From positions 89,500 through 153,499 of the forward strand of contig JAPPFD010000009.1 in the NCBI GenBank assembly GCA_028823995.1: a DNA stretch of 64,000 nucleotides, in the 5' to 3' direction. The DNA comes from a bacterium. GTDB taxonomy: Bacteria; Actinomycetota; Acidimicrobiia; Spongiisociales; ZC4RG35. The translations under genes and the position numbers were made by a program. Below the pieces are notes generated by a model that saw only the letters and a list, made by a program, of their open reading frames with translations, ran no database searches and was not told the origin of the DNA. Positions 1-8,058 of the stretch are shown piece after piece (the stretch's first letter is position 1; every line of letters begins with the position of its first letter).

Positions 1-1
1 G

Positions 2-850
2 AGGGTCGGAGAAGTTATTGACCTGTGCTCGGTGGCCGGGGAGCACCTCCTGCCGGTGGCGCTGCTTGACGAGTCGCTGCTGCTGGCTCCGGCCCTGGCC
101 GAGGCCGGTCACTCCGGCCTGCAGGGAGTGGTGGCGGGCGAGGTGGCCGGGGGAGCGGGATATGTCACCGAAGGATCGGGGGAACTGGACGCAGGTGGGA
201 TGCTGGCGGTTTCCGGGGTGGGGGTGAGGCTCTCGCCGGGAGCCGGGCTGGCGGCGCTCTGCCATCCCCGCTGGACGGCGGTGATTTCCCTCGAGGACCC
301 GGGCGTTCGCCTGGATCGGGCCGACGCCCTCGATCGGGCCCAAGGCGTTCATACCCTGTCGGCCGCGGGCGTCCGGCCCCATGTGATGCTGGATGGCTGG
401 GCAGAGGGCGGGGCCGTGGCCGCCGGGTGGCTGGCGGGGCTCCTGGCCGACCTGGTGGGAGGGGCGGAGCGGATCATGACGCTGTCGGTCTCCCATGCCC
501 GGAGCCGCCAGCAGTTCGGACGTCCTCTCACCCGTTTCCAGGCGGTGACGCATCTTCTGGCGGACATGAAGGCTCGTCTGGAGTTGATGCGCTCCGCGGT
601 GGCCCGACTGGCCTTCCTGATGGATGAGGGCTCCTGGGACCCGGCTTTTCTTGCAGGCCTGCTGTGGTCCGTCCCGGCCTACGCAAGGGAGGTGTGCGAG
701 TCCGCCATCCAGGTGCACGGCGGGATCGGCTTCACCTGGGAATACGGCCTTCACCTCTATTACCGCAGGATCCTCTCCCTCCAATCCATGCTGGGTGGCG
801 CCTTGGACACCGCAGCCCAAGCCGGCCGGGCCTACATGGACGCCGGCTAG
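2..850 (+). CDS. Acyl-CoA dehydrogenase family protein (5' end outside window)
   Basis: Frame is open from the window edge. C-terminal ACAD signature AIQVHGGIGFTWEYGLHLYYRR and RQQFGRPLTRFQAV. Confidence 0.88.
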   Translation, partial: RVGEVIDLCSVAGEHLLPVALLDESLLLAPALAEAGHSGLQGVVAGEVAGGAGYVTEGSGELDAGGMLAVSGVGVRLSPGAGLAALCHPRWTAVISLEDPGVRLDRADALDRAQGVHTLSAAGVRPHVMLDGWAEGGAVAAGWLAGLLADLVGGAERIMTLSVSHARSRQQFGRPLTRFQAVTHLLADMKARLELMRSAVARLAFLMDEGSWDPAFLAGLLWSVPAYAREVCESAIQVHGGIGFTWEYGLHLYYRRILSLQSMLGGALDTAAQAGRAYMDAG

Positions 851-876
851 AGGAGGCTGTCGAGGGTGATGGGATC

Positions 877-1132
877 ACACCTGCCGTAGGTTTTGCCACA
901 GGCTGTGAAAAAAGCTGCGGTGGGGAGGTTGATCTTGTCCCACGGACAGTCCCATATTGACATGAGCCAAACACCGAGACCCGTCCGCCCCAGGCGTCGC
1001 CCGGACCGCGTCGAGGGATCAAATCGACCCAATCAGCAAGCCTGTCCCAGGCTGGACAGAGCCTGTTCAACCCATGGAAAGGTGGTGGCGGGGGAGGGTT
1101 CCCGAAATAGGGGCTGAGAATTTCGCGACATT
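877..1132 (+). repeat. Dispersed ~255-bp intergenic repeat, copy A
   Basis: Aligns end to end with the reverse complement of 58692-58943. Shared blocks include ACACCTGCCG, TGTCCCAC, CCGAGACC, GACCGCGTCGAGG, CTGTCC-N6-GGACAGAGCCTGTTCAACC, GGTGGTGGCGGGG, GAGGGTTCCC and TTTCGCGACATT. Confidence 0.9.
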
Positions 1133-1148
1133 CCTGAAAGCTGCGGGA

Positions 1149-1170
1149 TGTCGGCTGTGATCAGTAGGGT
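1149..1170 (+). promoter_or_regulatory. PafBC/RecA-NDp-type DNA-damage promoter
   Basis: Exact TGTCGG-N10-TAGGGT match to the mycobacterial consensus TGTCGG-N10-TA-N3-T. A GTG follows 7 nt downstream (1178). Confidence 0.6.
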
Positions 1171-1177
1171 GGCAGCG

Positions 1178-1270
1178 GTGTCTGCGCCCACTGGTTGAAG
1201 ATCGACGACCTGGCATCCGATCTGCGATTGGCCGAAAGCCATGGAGTTACCACAGCTTGGTTGACACGCA
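1178..1270 (+). pseudogene. Possible 5' stub of a decayed leaderless gene behind the PafBC-type promoter
   Basis: GTG at leaderless spacing opens only MSAPTG*. The position mirrors that of the HNH gene behind repeat copy C. Identity of the stub is not established. Confidence 0.3.
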
Positions 1271-1816
1271 TCAACTCGGTGGATGACCGACTGCTTCATC
1301 CACAAGCGGGGCCAGATCCTTCCATGCTGTGAGAATCGTCTCCACTATGTAGTTGCGGTATTCCTTGAGGTTGTCATCCTCCCAGAACCTGTCTTGTGGG
1401 GGATCCAGGTACTGATAGGCCGGCCACCACTTGGCGGATCGATAGTCGGGGAGAGCTTCCTTTGTGAAGGGCGATCTGTAGCTTTCTATATTCGTCCTGA
1501 CTCCGTAGTACAGCTCTCCATGAGGAGGGAATAGCGTCTTGTGAAACCACTCCAATCTCACGTCCGGGTCATCTTTGCCTTTCGGCCAACCCTGTCGACG
1601 CAGGCCCAGACCTGGCCATCTGCCTCCGGTTAGAAACGACCTTACGCCGTCTTCAGCGATCCTTCCGCTCCTTAGGGCCGCGTCGAGATCGCTTTTGAGA
1701 CTGCGGTAGAACCGATCCACGAACTTTGACACTTCGCCTTCCAGGGCAGCCCACTCCCTGATCCGCGCTTGATGCTCCAGAAAGAACTTTATTTGTTCGT
1801 CTTCGATCCGATTCAT
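1271..1816 (-). CDS. Hypothetical protein (181 aa), translationally coupled to the PD-(D/E)XK nuclease
   Basis: Protein-like composition, ATGA overlap with the upstream stop at 1813-1816, A/T-richer DNA than the flanks. Confidence 0.8.
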   Translation of the reverse strand: MNRIEDEQIKFFLEHQARIREWAALEGEVSKFVDRFYRSLKSDLDAALRSGRIAEDGVRSFLTGGRWPGLGLRRQGWPKGKDDPDVRLEWFHKTLFPPHGELYYGVRTNIESYRSPFTKEALPDYRSAKWWPAYQYLDPPQDRFWEDDNLKEYRNYIVETILTAWKDLAPLVDEAVGHPPS

Positions 1817-2475
1817 CCGAACTGCTCCTTGAGGGTTCGTAGGTAATTCTTGACGACATCAGTAGCACTGGCAACCTCGGCGGCAGACTGAGATTTGTTC
1901 AGGGCCTCCTCCAACATCGCCCGGACCTTGGGCCACGAGAGGGTCTTGAAAGCACTTTGGGAGGGCGGTGTGGTCGCCGTGTGCGGCTTGCGACCGTCGG
2001 GGGTCAGGAACATGAAGAGAGGCGCGTTCTCGTTCTTGAAGTTCTCGTACAAATCGTCGCACTGGCTCGGCTGCTCTAACGCGTCGACCTTGTTCTCGAT
2101 GACCAGCGTGAAGTTCTCGCCCCACACGACGAGGTCGGCCTCTCTGTCCTTCCGCCACACGGAAAACTTCACCTTCCTTACTGCCAGTGGGACGGACACC
2201 GGTTCACCGGTGCAGTGTTCTACTAGGCGCTCCACGAACTCACAACCCAAGCCGTGCCGGGCCGTCGGATCCAAGAGCCACTTTAACATGCGAGAATGGG
2301 TGTTTTCGTGGCGGGCGAGCCCCACAATCTTAAGGAAGTCCGATGGCCCGGTCAACCACAGCCCGTCCGAAACGAGACGGTCATGCCGGCCGCGCATCTC
2401 CGTCATGGCCCCACGCCACTCGGCAAGTAGCGTCCTCGTCCGGCGCACGGCGATCTCGTCCCACTCGCGCTCCAT
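1813..2475 (-). CDS. PD-(D/E)XK nuclease family protein (PDDEXK_4-like)
   Basis: ENTHSRMLKWLLDP, EADLVV and LVIENKVDALEQPSQCDDLY motifs, plus FLTPDG. Start placed at MEREW (2475; alternative 2484). Confidence 0.8.
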   Translation of the reverse strand: MEREWDEIAVRRTRTLLAEWRGAMTEMRGRHDRLVSDGLWLTGPSDFLKIVGLARHENTHSRMLKWLLDPTARHGLGCEFVERLVEHCTGEPVSVPLAVRKVKFSVWRKDREADLVVWGENFTLVIENKVDALEQPSQCDDLYENFKNENAPLFMFLTPDGRKPHTATTPPSQSAFKTLSWPKVRAMLEEALNKSQSAAEVASATDVVKNYLRTLKEQFG

Positions 2476-2537
2476 CGCACACATGCGCGCCTTCCACGAG
2501 GGGACTCGATTAACCGGTGTGGCTATAGGAGCAACCC

Positions 2538-2819
2538 CTAACCCAGAATCAGACTCAGGACCGCCACTGCGATGCCGACCACGGCAATGGTGGTGCCGCC
2601 CAGCCACTTGATCAACTCCAGTTTCAGTTCTTTCAGATCTGCTCGGAATTCCGCCCGCAGGAGTTCCAGATCTGTCCGCACGAGACCCAGGTCGGCCTTG
2701 GTTGCCAATCCGGCACGCGCCGCCATGACGGTCCCGACCACGGCCTCGGCTTGAGATTCCTTCAATCCGGCGCCCACGAGATTCTTCACCTCTCTATGAG
2801 TATCTACGGTTGTTGCCAC
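2538..2819 (-). CDS. DUF1640/CCDC90-like coiled-coil protein with C-terminal TM helix
   Basis: GTG start with GAGGAAGG RBS. DTHREVKNLVGAGLKESQAEAVV, LATKADL heptads, KWLGGTTIAVVGIAVAVL tail. Confidence 0.75.
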   Translation of the reverse strand: MATTVDTHREVKNLVGAGLKESQAEAVVGTVMAARAGLATKADLGLVRTDLELLRAEFRADLKELKLELIKWLGGTTIAVVGIAVAVLSLILG

Positions 2820-2944
2820 TTTGCGTCGCCCCCTTCCTCGGTTGGCTCCCGAGTACTCCAACTGCACTGCACCCCGCCGCGGGAGTATGTGATCACTATA
2901 CATCGCCTCGGGCCCAAGAGCCCGGGAACGACCGGTCCGGACGG

Positions 2945-3736
2945 TCAGCGGCCTTCGAAGGTGGGGGGCCGTCTCTCCGCGATGGCCCGGATAGCTTCGT
3001 CGTGGTCGTCGGACAGGAAGGTCAATAGCTCCCATCCCCCCGCCGAGTCGAAGGCGACGTTCAGCGCGTCCTTGATCAGCTTGTTGACGGCCATCTTGGT
3101 GAAGCGGATGGCCAGGGGAGCGCCCCGTGCCAGCCGTTCCGCGAAGGCGGTGGCCTCGGGGAGAAGCTTCTCGGGAGGGAACACCCTGTTCACCAGCCCG
3201 ATCCGCTCCGCCTCCTCGGCGGAGAGGGGGTCTCCGGTCATCAGGTACTCCTTGGCGCGAGCCGGGCCCACCAGGAGCGGCCAGATGGCGGTGCCCCCGT
3301 CTCCCGCCACCAGCCCCACCCGGACGTGGGGATCGGAGATGACGGCGTCGGCGGACATGAATATCACGTCGCACAGCAGGGCTATGGAGGCGCCCAGGCC
3401 CACCGCCGGGCCGTTGACGGCGGCGATGATGGGGATCTCTATGTCCACCAGGTCCCAGATGAGCTGCTTGGCGTCCCGGCGGAGGTGGTCCAAGGTCTCA
3501 GTGTCCCGCAGGGTCGGGAACCATCCGAAGTCCCCGCCGGCCGAGAACGCCCGCCCGCTTCCGGTGAGGATCGCCACCCGCGCCTCGTCCTCTCGCTTCA
3601 GCATCCTGAACAGGGCGGTCAGGTCCTCGTGGAGTTGGCCGTCCACGGTGTTGAGGGGAGAACGGGGGTTATCTATGACGGCTGTCAGCACATCTCCGGT
3701 ACGCTGGATACCGATGGTTGGCAAATGGCGTTCCAT
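2945..3736 (-). CDS. Enoyl-CoA hydratase/isomerase family protein
   Basis: AFSAGGD, IAAVNGPAVGLG and SAEEAERIGLVNRV motifs. Confidence 0.92.
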   Translation of the reverse strand: MERHLPTIGIQRTGDVLTAVIDNPRSPLNTVDGQLHEDLTALFRMLKREDEARVAILTGSGRAFSAGGDFGWFPTLRDTETLDHLRRDAKQLIWDLVDIEIPIIAAVNGPAVGLGASIALLCDVIFMSADAVISDPHVRVGLVAGDGGTAIWPLLVGPARAKEYLMTGDPLSAEEAERIGLVNRVFPPEKLLPEATAFAERLARGAPLAIRFTKMAVNKLIKDALNVAFDSAGGWELLTFLSDDHDEAIRAIAERRPPTFEGR

Positions 3737-3835
3737 GTCGCTCCTTGACGGACAAATCCCAGGCTACTCCGTCTTCGGACCGAGCACGGAAGCCGCACCC
3801 CGCGCCACTCCGCTGACGCCCGAACCGGGGATGTG

Positions 3836-5191
3836 ATGTTCGAGTCACTCACCGACAGATTCTCCTCCATCTTCACCCGGCTGAAGGGAAAGGGCCGGCT
3901 CTCGCAGGCGGACCTGAAATCGGCCCTCCGGGAGGTGCGTCTGGCCCTGCTGGAAGCGGACGTCAACATCCAGGTGGTCAACAGTCTCTGCGAGCGGATC
4001 GGAAAGAGAGGCCGGGGCGCCGAGGTGTCGAAGAGCCTCACCCCCGGCCAGCAGGTGATCAAGATCGTCCACTCGGAGTTGGTCAAGACCCTGGGCGAGG
4101 AGCCCGCGCCCCTGGTCGTGAAGGGGTCGCCGCTCACCGTGATGGTGGTAGGCCTCCAGGGATCGGGCAAGACCACCACAGCCGCCAAGCTGGCCCTTCA
4201 CCTGCGGGAGACGTACCGCAAGCGCCCCCTCCTGGTGGCCGCCGACCTGCAGCGACCTGCCGCGGTGGAGCAACTGGTCACCCTCGGGGAGAGAGCGGGG
4301 GTGGCCGTCTATCGCGAGCCGGAGGCGTCCAGTCCCCAGCGGGTGGTGCGGGCAGGCCTGCGACACGCTCGGGGCCGGGGCAACGACGCAGTGGTGATCG
4401 ACACCGCCGGTCGGCTGCAGATCGATCAACGGCTGATGAACGAGTTGGCCGCCATGTCCGAAATCGCTCGGCCCCAGGAGACGCTGCTGGTGGTGGACGC
4501 CATGACCGGCCAGGACGCGGTCACGGTGGCGCAGGGGTTCTCCGAACGGGTGGACCTGACCGGGATCGTCCTCTCCAAACTGGATGGAGACGCCCGGGGC
4601 GGGGCGGCCATCTCGGTCAGCGAGGCCACCGGGCAGAAGGTCAAGCTGGTGGGAGAGGGTGAGGAGTTGACGGCCCTCTCGGTTTTCCATCCCGACCGCA
4701 TGGCGTCCCGGATCCTGGGGATGGGAGACGTGCTCACCCTCATCGAGAAAGCCGAAGCCGTGACCCCTCGGGCGGATGCGGAGAAGTTCGTCCGCGCCGC
4801 CACCTCGCAGAGTCTCGGCCTCGACGACTTCCTGGAGCAACTTCACAGCCTGCGTCGGATGGGGGGATTGGACGCGGTTCTTGCTATGATGCCCGGTGGG
4901 GCCCGAACAGGCATCGCCGGATTGAGCGATGACGAAATGCGGCGCACCGTGGGGATCATCCACTCGATGACCCCCGAGGAACGGCGCAATCCCAAGTTGA
5001 TCACCGGCAGCCGTAGGCGTCGGATCGCTACGGGGTCGGGCACCACCGTTACCGCGGTGAACCGGTTGCTGAAGAGGTTCGCCGACACCCAGAAAATGAT
5101 GAACATGCTGTCCGGCAGAGGGAAGTTCCCCGGAATGGGAATGGAAGGGCTTCTCCAGCCGGCCAGGGCCCGACGACGACGCAAGAGGTGA
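3836..5191 (+). CDS. ffh: Signal recognition particle protein
   Basis: GLQGSGKTT, DTAGR and SKLDGDARGG GTPase motifs. M domain RRRRIATGSG. Confidence 0.97.
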   Translation: MFESLTDRFSSIFTRLKGKGRLSQADLKSALREVRLALLEADVNIQVVNSLCERIGKRGRGAEVSKSLTPGQQVIKIVHSELVKTLGEEPAPLVVKGSPLTVMVVGLQGSGKTTTAAKLALHLRETYRKRPLLVAADLQRPAAVEQLVTLGERAGVAVYREPEASSPQRVVRAGLRHARGRGNDAVVIDTAGRLQIDQRLMNELAAMSEIARPQETLLVVDAMTGQDAVTVAQGFSERVDLTGIVLSKLDGDARGGAAISVSEATGQKVKLVGEGEELTALSVFHPDRMASRILGMGDVLTLIEKAEAVTPRADAEKFVRAATSQSLGLDDFLEQLHSLRRMGGLDAVLAMMPGGARTGIAGLSDDEMRRTVGIIHSMTPEERRNPKLITGSRRRRIATGSGTTVTAVNRLLKRFADTQKMMNMLSGRGKFPGMGMEGLLQPARARRRRKR

Positions 5192-5197
5192 ATGAAC

Positions 5198-5557
5198 ATG
5201 GCGGTACGCATCCGTCTCATGAGGATAGGGAAAAAGAAGACGCCCAGCTACCGGGTGGTGGTGATCGATGGGAGGAAGCCCCGCGACGGGCGGTACATAG
5301 AACAGATCGGCCGTTACGACCCCCTGGCTGAACCGTCGCTGATCGAGATCGAAAACGACCGGGCGGTCGATTGGCTGGTGAAGGGGGCCCGGCCCTCCGA
5401 CCGCGTCCGCAAGCTGATGGAGATCTCGGGCGCCTGGACCCGGTACCGGGTGATAGCGGGCAAGGCGCATCGAGTCAGCGACGAGACGTCGGCAGCCGCG
5501 CCGGACCCCGGTCCCGGTGAGAAGGCGGTGGCCGCCGCCGAGACCCCGGCATCCTGA
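5198..5557 (+). CDS. rpsP: 30S ribosomal protein S16
   Basis: [42 protein letters not shown]. Follows ffh. Confidence 0.97.
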   Translation: MAVRIRLMRIGKKKTPSYRVVVIDGRKPRDGRYIEQIGRYDPLAEPSLIEIENDRAVDWLVKGARPSDRVRKLMEISGAWTRYRVIAGKAHRVSDETSAAAPDPGPGEKAVAAAETPAS

Positions 5558-5568
5558 GGGAGATGGCT

Positions 5569-5817
5569 ATGAGCGACGCCGACAGGGTGGAACGGTTGGT
5601 CGGATACCTGGTGAGGGAGATCGTCGAGCGGTCCTCGGAGGTAACCGTGACGATGGTGAAGAACCGGCCGAGGCGGGTGCTGGCCGAGGTCCGGGCCGCA
5701 AAACAGGACATGGGGCGGCTGATCGGTCGGCGGGGGAGGACCGCCAATGCCATACGAACGCTGGCTCAACTCGTCTGTGACGATGACTGGATTGTCGAGA
5801 TCGAATTCCTCGACTGA
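5569..5817 (+). CDS. khpA: KH-domain RNA-binding protein
   Basis: DMGRLIGRRGRTANAIRTL KH motif between rpsP and rimM. Confidence 0.9.
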   Translation: MSDADRVERLVGYLVREIVERSSEVTVTMVKNRPRRVLAEVRAAKQDMGRLIGRRGRTANAIRTLAQLVCDDDWIVEIEFLD

Positions 5818-6304
5818 CGGGGTGGTCGTCGGGCGGGTGGGGCGCCCGCACGGATTGGACGGCGCCGTCTATGTGTGGCCGGACACCGATGATCCCCACC
5901 GCTTCGAGCCCGGGGCAAGGGTCATGGTGGCGGGAAGGGGAGCGCTGCAAGTGGAGAGGACCCGCACCCACCTGGAGAGACTGCTGGTCAAATTCGTGGA
6001 GGTGTCCGACCGGACCTCAGCCGAGAAGTTGAGGGGCGCCGAACTCTACATCGAGGAGCGCCAACGTCGACCGCTGGACTCGGAGGAGTTCTGGCCCGAT
6101 GAACTGGAGGGACTGGAAGTCAGGACGGCGAGGGGGAAGGTGGTGGGGAGAGTGAGGGGAGTGGAGTGGTCGGAGGCCCAGAGTCGGCTGGTGATCGAGA
6201 CCCCATCCGGGTTGCGGGAGGTTCCCTTCGTGGACGAACTCGTGCCGTCTGTGAATCTTCCCGACGGGTATCTGATCCTCGTCGACCTTCCCGGATTGCT
6301 CTAG
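5783..6304 (+). CDS. rimM: Ribosome maturation factor RimM (start uncertain; alternative GTG 5822)
   Basis: VVGRVGRPHGLDG, AEKLRG, EFWPDELEGLEV and EVPFVDELVP motifs. Expected synteny. Confidence 0.92.
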   Translation: MTGLSRSNSSTDGVVVGRVGRPHGLDGAVYVWPDTDDPHRFEPGARVMVAGRGALQVERTRTHLERLLVKFVEVSDRTSAEKLRGAELYIEERQRRPLDSEEFWPDELEGLEVRTARGKVVGRVRGVEWSEAQSRLVIETPSGLREVPFVDELVPSVNLPDGYLILVDLPGLL

Positions 6305-6387
6305 CGGGTCGTCGGCCCGCGGCCTCGGCCCTCCCCGTGGTCAGCGGGCCCGCCGGTCGACCGGTCCTGCCCTTTGAAGGGGATGTT

Positions 6388-7311
6388 TCAGTTCTCGAAG
6401 AACACCCGGGCCTGGGCGTCCTCCACCTGCAGGGTGGCCCATCCGGCCGGACCCTCCAGGAACACCGCTACGAAACTCGACCACAGGTCGTCGGTGCCCG
6501 CCAGGGGGAAGCGGGCCTCGGTCACCGAGCCGTCCGGGCCGGTGAGGGTGGCCACCGACTCATCGATCCCCGGACGCAGATACCCGTTCACCGTGAAGGG
6601 ATAGTGGATCTCCTCCCGACCCGACGGCAGGAACAGGACCGCCGAGGAGCCGACCACCGGCTTGCGGGAGAACGGGATGTTCCCGGACCGGAGATCGAGT
6701 GTCAGGGTGGCAGGAGCGGAGCTGGGAATCATCCTGGCCGAGACCGGCTCGTAGACGTGAAGGTCCACGATCAGTCCTGCGTCGGGCGCCTTCACCACGT
6801 AGATCCGGTCGACCAGCGGCGTGTTCACCAACTGGTAGGAGACCGCCGAGGTCTCATCCCCCTCACCGAGTTGCAGACGCACCACCCCGCGCTCGGCGAA
6901 GGAGGTCAGCAATGCGGGGGGTGGCACCAGGGTGGGCGCTCCCTCCGGGCTGGCCATGGAGAGCACGAATCTCTCGCACTCGCCCCAGGACTGCCAGTCG
7001 ATGGAGACCAGGATCGCCGAGTCCGACCCGGTCGGGCTGTAGCTGCCGATCTCTCCTTCATCTCCGAAAGGGGGTTCGGGGGTGAGGCAGGGGGGGATGG
7101 GACGGGGATCGGGGGTTTCTGACATCCGGGTTGTGGAGGTGGTGAGCACCGGAGGCGGACTGGTGGTAGTGGTGGTGGTGGAGGGGGCGGTGGTGGAGGT
7201 TGGGGCAGGCGTCACGGATACCGGCGCGGCGGCGGTGGTGGAGGTGGGCGCCTCCGCCGGTACGCAGGCCCCTATCAGAACCAGTCCGGCCATCAGCCCC
7301 CTGCGAAGCAT
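6388..7311 (-). CDS. Lipoprotein with Thr-rich linker and probable AMIN-like/Ig-like domains
   Basis: Lipobox LIGAC, poly-Thr linker, CERFVLSM and beta-rich C-terminus. Domain names are inferred. Confidence 0.7.
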   Translation of the reverse strand: MLRRGLMAGLVLIGACVPAEAPTSTTAAAPVSVTPAPTSTTAPSTTTTTTSPPPVLTTSTTRMSETPDPRPIPPCLTPEPPFGDEGEIGSYSPTGSDSAILVSIDWQSWGECERFVLSMASPEGAPTLVPPPALLTSFAERGVVRLQLGEGDETSAVSYQLVNTPLVDRIYVVKAPDAGLIVDLHVYEPVSARMIPSSAPATLTLDLRSGNIPFSRKPVVGSSAVLFLPSGREEIHYPFTVNGYLRPGIDESVATLTGPDGSVTEARFPLAGTDDLWSSFVAVFLEGPAGWATLQVEDAQARVFFEN

Positions 7312-7342
7312 CTATCCAGGCTAGTTGAGGCCGGTCCGGGGT

Positions 7343-7933
7343 TCAGGCGCCGCCACCCCAGCGCTGGTAGTGGACGGTCTTCGATCGGGGTCGCCTTCCC
7401 CGATCCAGGGAACCGGAGCGGCGGTCGGGGGAGGGGTGGCCGATGGTCACCACCCCCAGGGGAGCGGTGTTCTCGGGGATCCCCAGCAGCCGCGACAGTC
7501 CCGGGATGGCGTGGGCGCCCAGGAATCCCGCGGCCAGGCCCTCGTCCACCGCCGCCAGCAGGACGGCCATCAACGCGGCGCCGCCGTCCACCCACCAGTA
7601 GGGGACCGGCCAGGCGTCGGCGGCCCCCTTGTCCGGCGCCTGATAGCGACGGTGATAGGCGTCGGCGGAGACGCACACCACTATGTGCACGGGAGCGCCG
7701 GAAATCCAGGGGTCGAAGCCGCGCTCTGAGTAGCCGGGCTCCCCCGCCAACCGGGCGATCTGCGTCCGGGTCCGTGCGTCTGTCACCACCACCAGGGACT
7801 GTCCCTGTGAGTAGCCCGCCGAGGGAGCGGACAGCCCGGCGGACACGATCCGTTCCACCGCCTCTCCGGAGACCGCCACAGGCCGGTAGTTTCGCACCAT
7901 CCGTCTCCGCCGGATCGCCTCGCTGAACTCCAT
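7343..7933 (-). CDS. Nitroreductase family protein
   Basis: MEFSEAIRRRRMVRNY, APSAGYSQ, VLLAAVDEGLAAGF and LGVVTIGHP motifs. Confidence 0.92.
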   Translation of the reverse strand: MEFSEAIRRRRMVRNYRPVAVSGEAVERIVSAGLSAPSAGYSQGQSLVVVTDARTRTQIARLAGEPGYSERGFDPWISGAPVHIVVCVSADAYHRRYQAPDKGAADAWPVPYWWVDGGAALMAVLLAAVDEGLAAGFLGAHAIPGLSRLLGIPENTAPLGVVTIGHPSPDRRSGSLDRGRRPRSKTVHYQRWGGGA

Positions 7934-8058
7934 GGCTGCCTTCTTTCCGGGTGGCCGCGTGCGGCCGGTTGCCGAACCCCGCTTGCCGGGCTCGGTCACG
8001 ACGATACCGGTCTCCGGTTTCTTCCCACCGGCGACCGAGGGAATACTCTGATGTCACA

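Noticed and set aside
893-1117. Peptide ORFs across repeat copies A (893-1117) and C (58620-58982) sharing LILSH and RRR.DRVE
   Set aside because: Indels shift the frame between the shared words, and copy B has no equivalent. The similarity reflects the DNA repeat, not a conserved protein.
1033-1305. 90-aa ORF with ATLLITAD resembling a PIN-toxin C-terminus
   Set aside because: No other PIN acidic residues and no antitoxin. It overlaps the repeat and the promoter.
3845-5470. Long antisense or alternate-frame ORFs (e.g. 3845-5470 -, 15301-17247 +, 48629-51097 +, 60055-61842 -, 61898-63781 -)
   Set aside because: They overlap well-supported genes and lack motifs. These are stop-poor shadow frames typical of high-GC DNA.
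7130-7250. GGT/GTG-rich low-complexity run
   Set aside because: It encodes the Thr/Pro linker of a lipoprotein and is not a separate repeat element.
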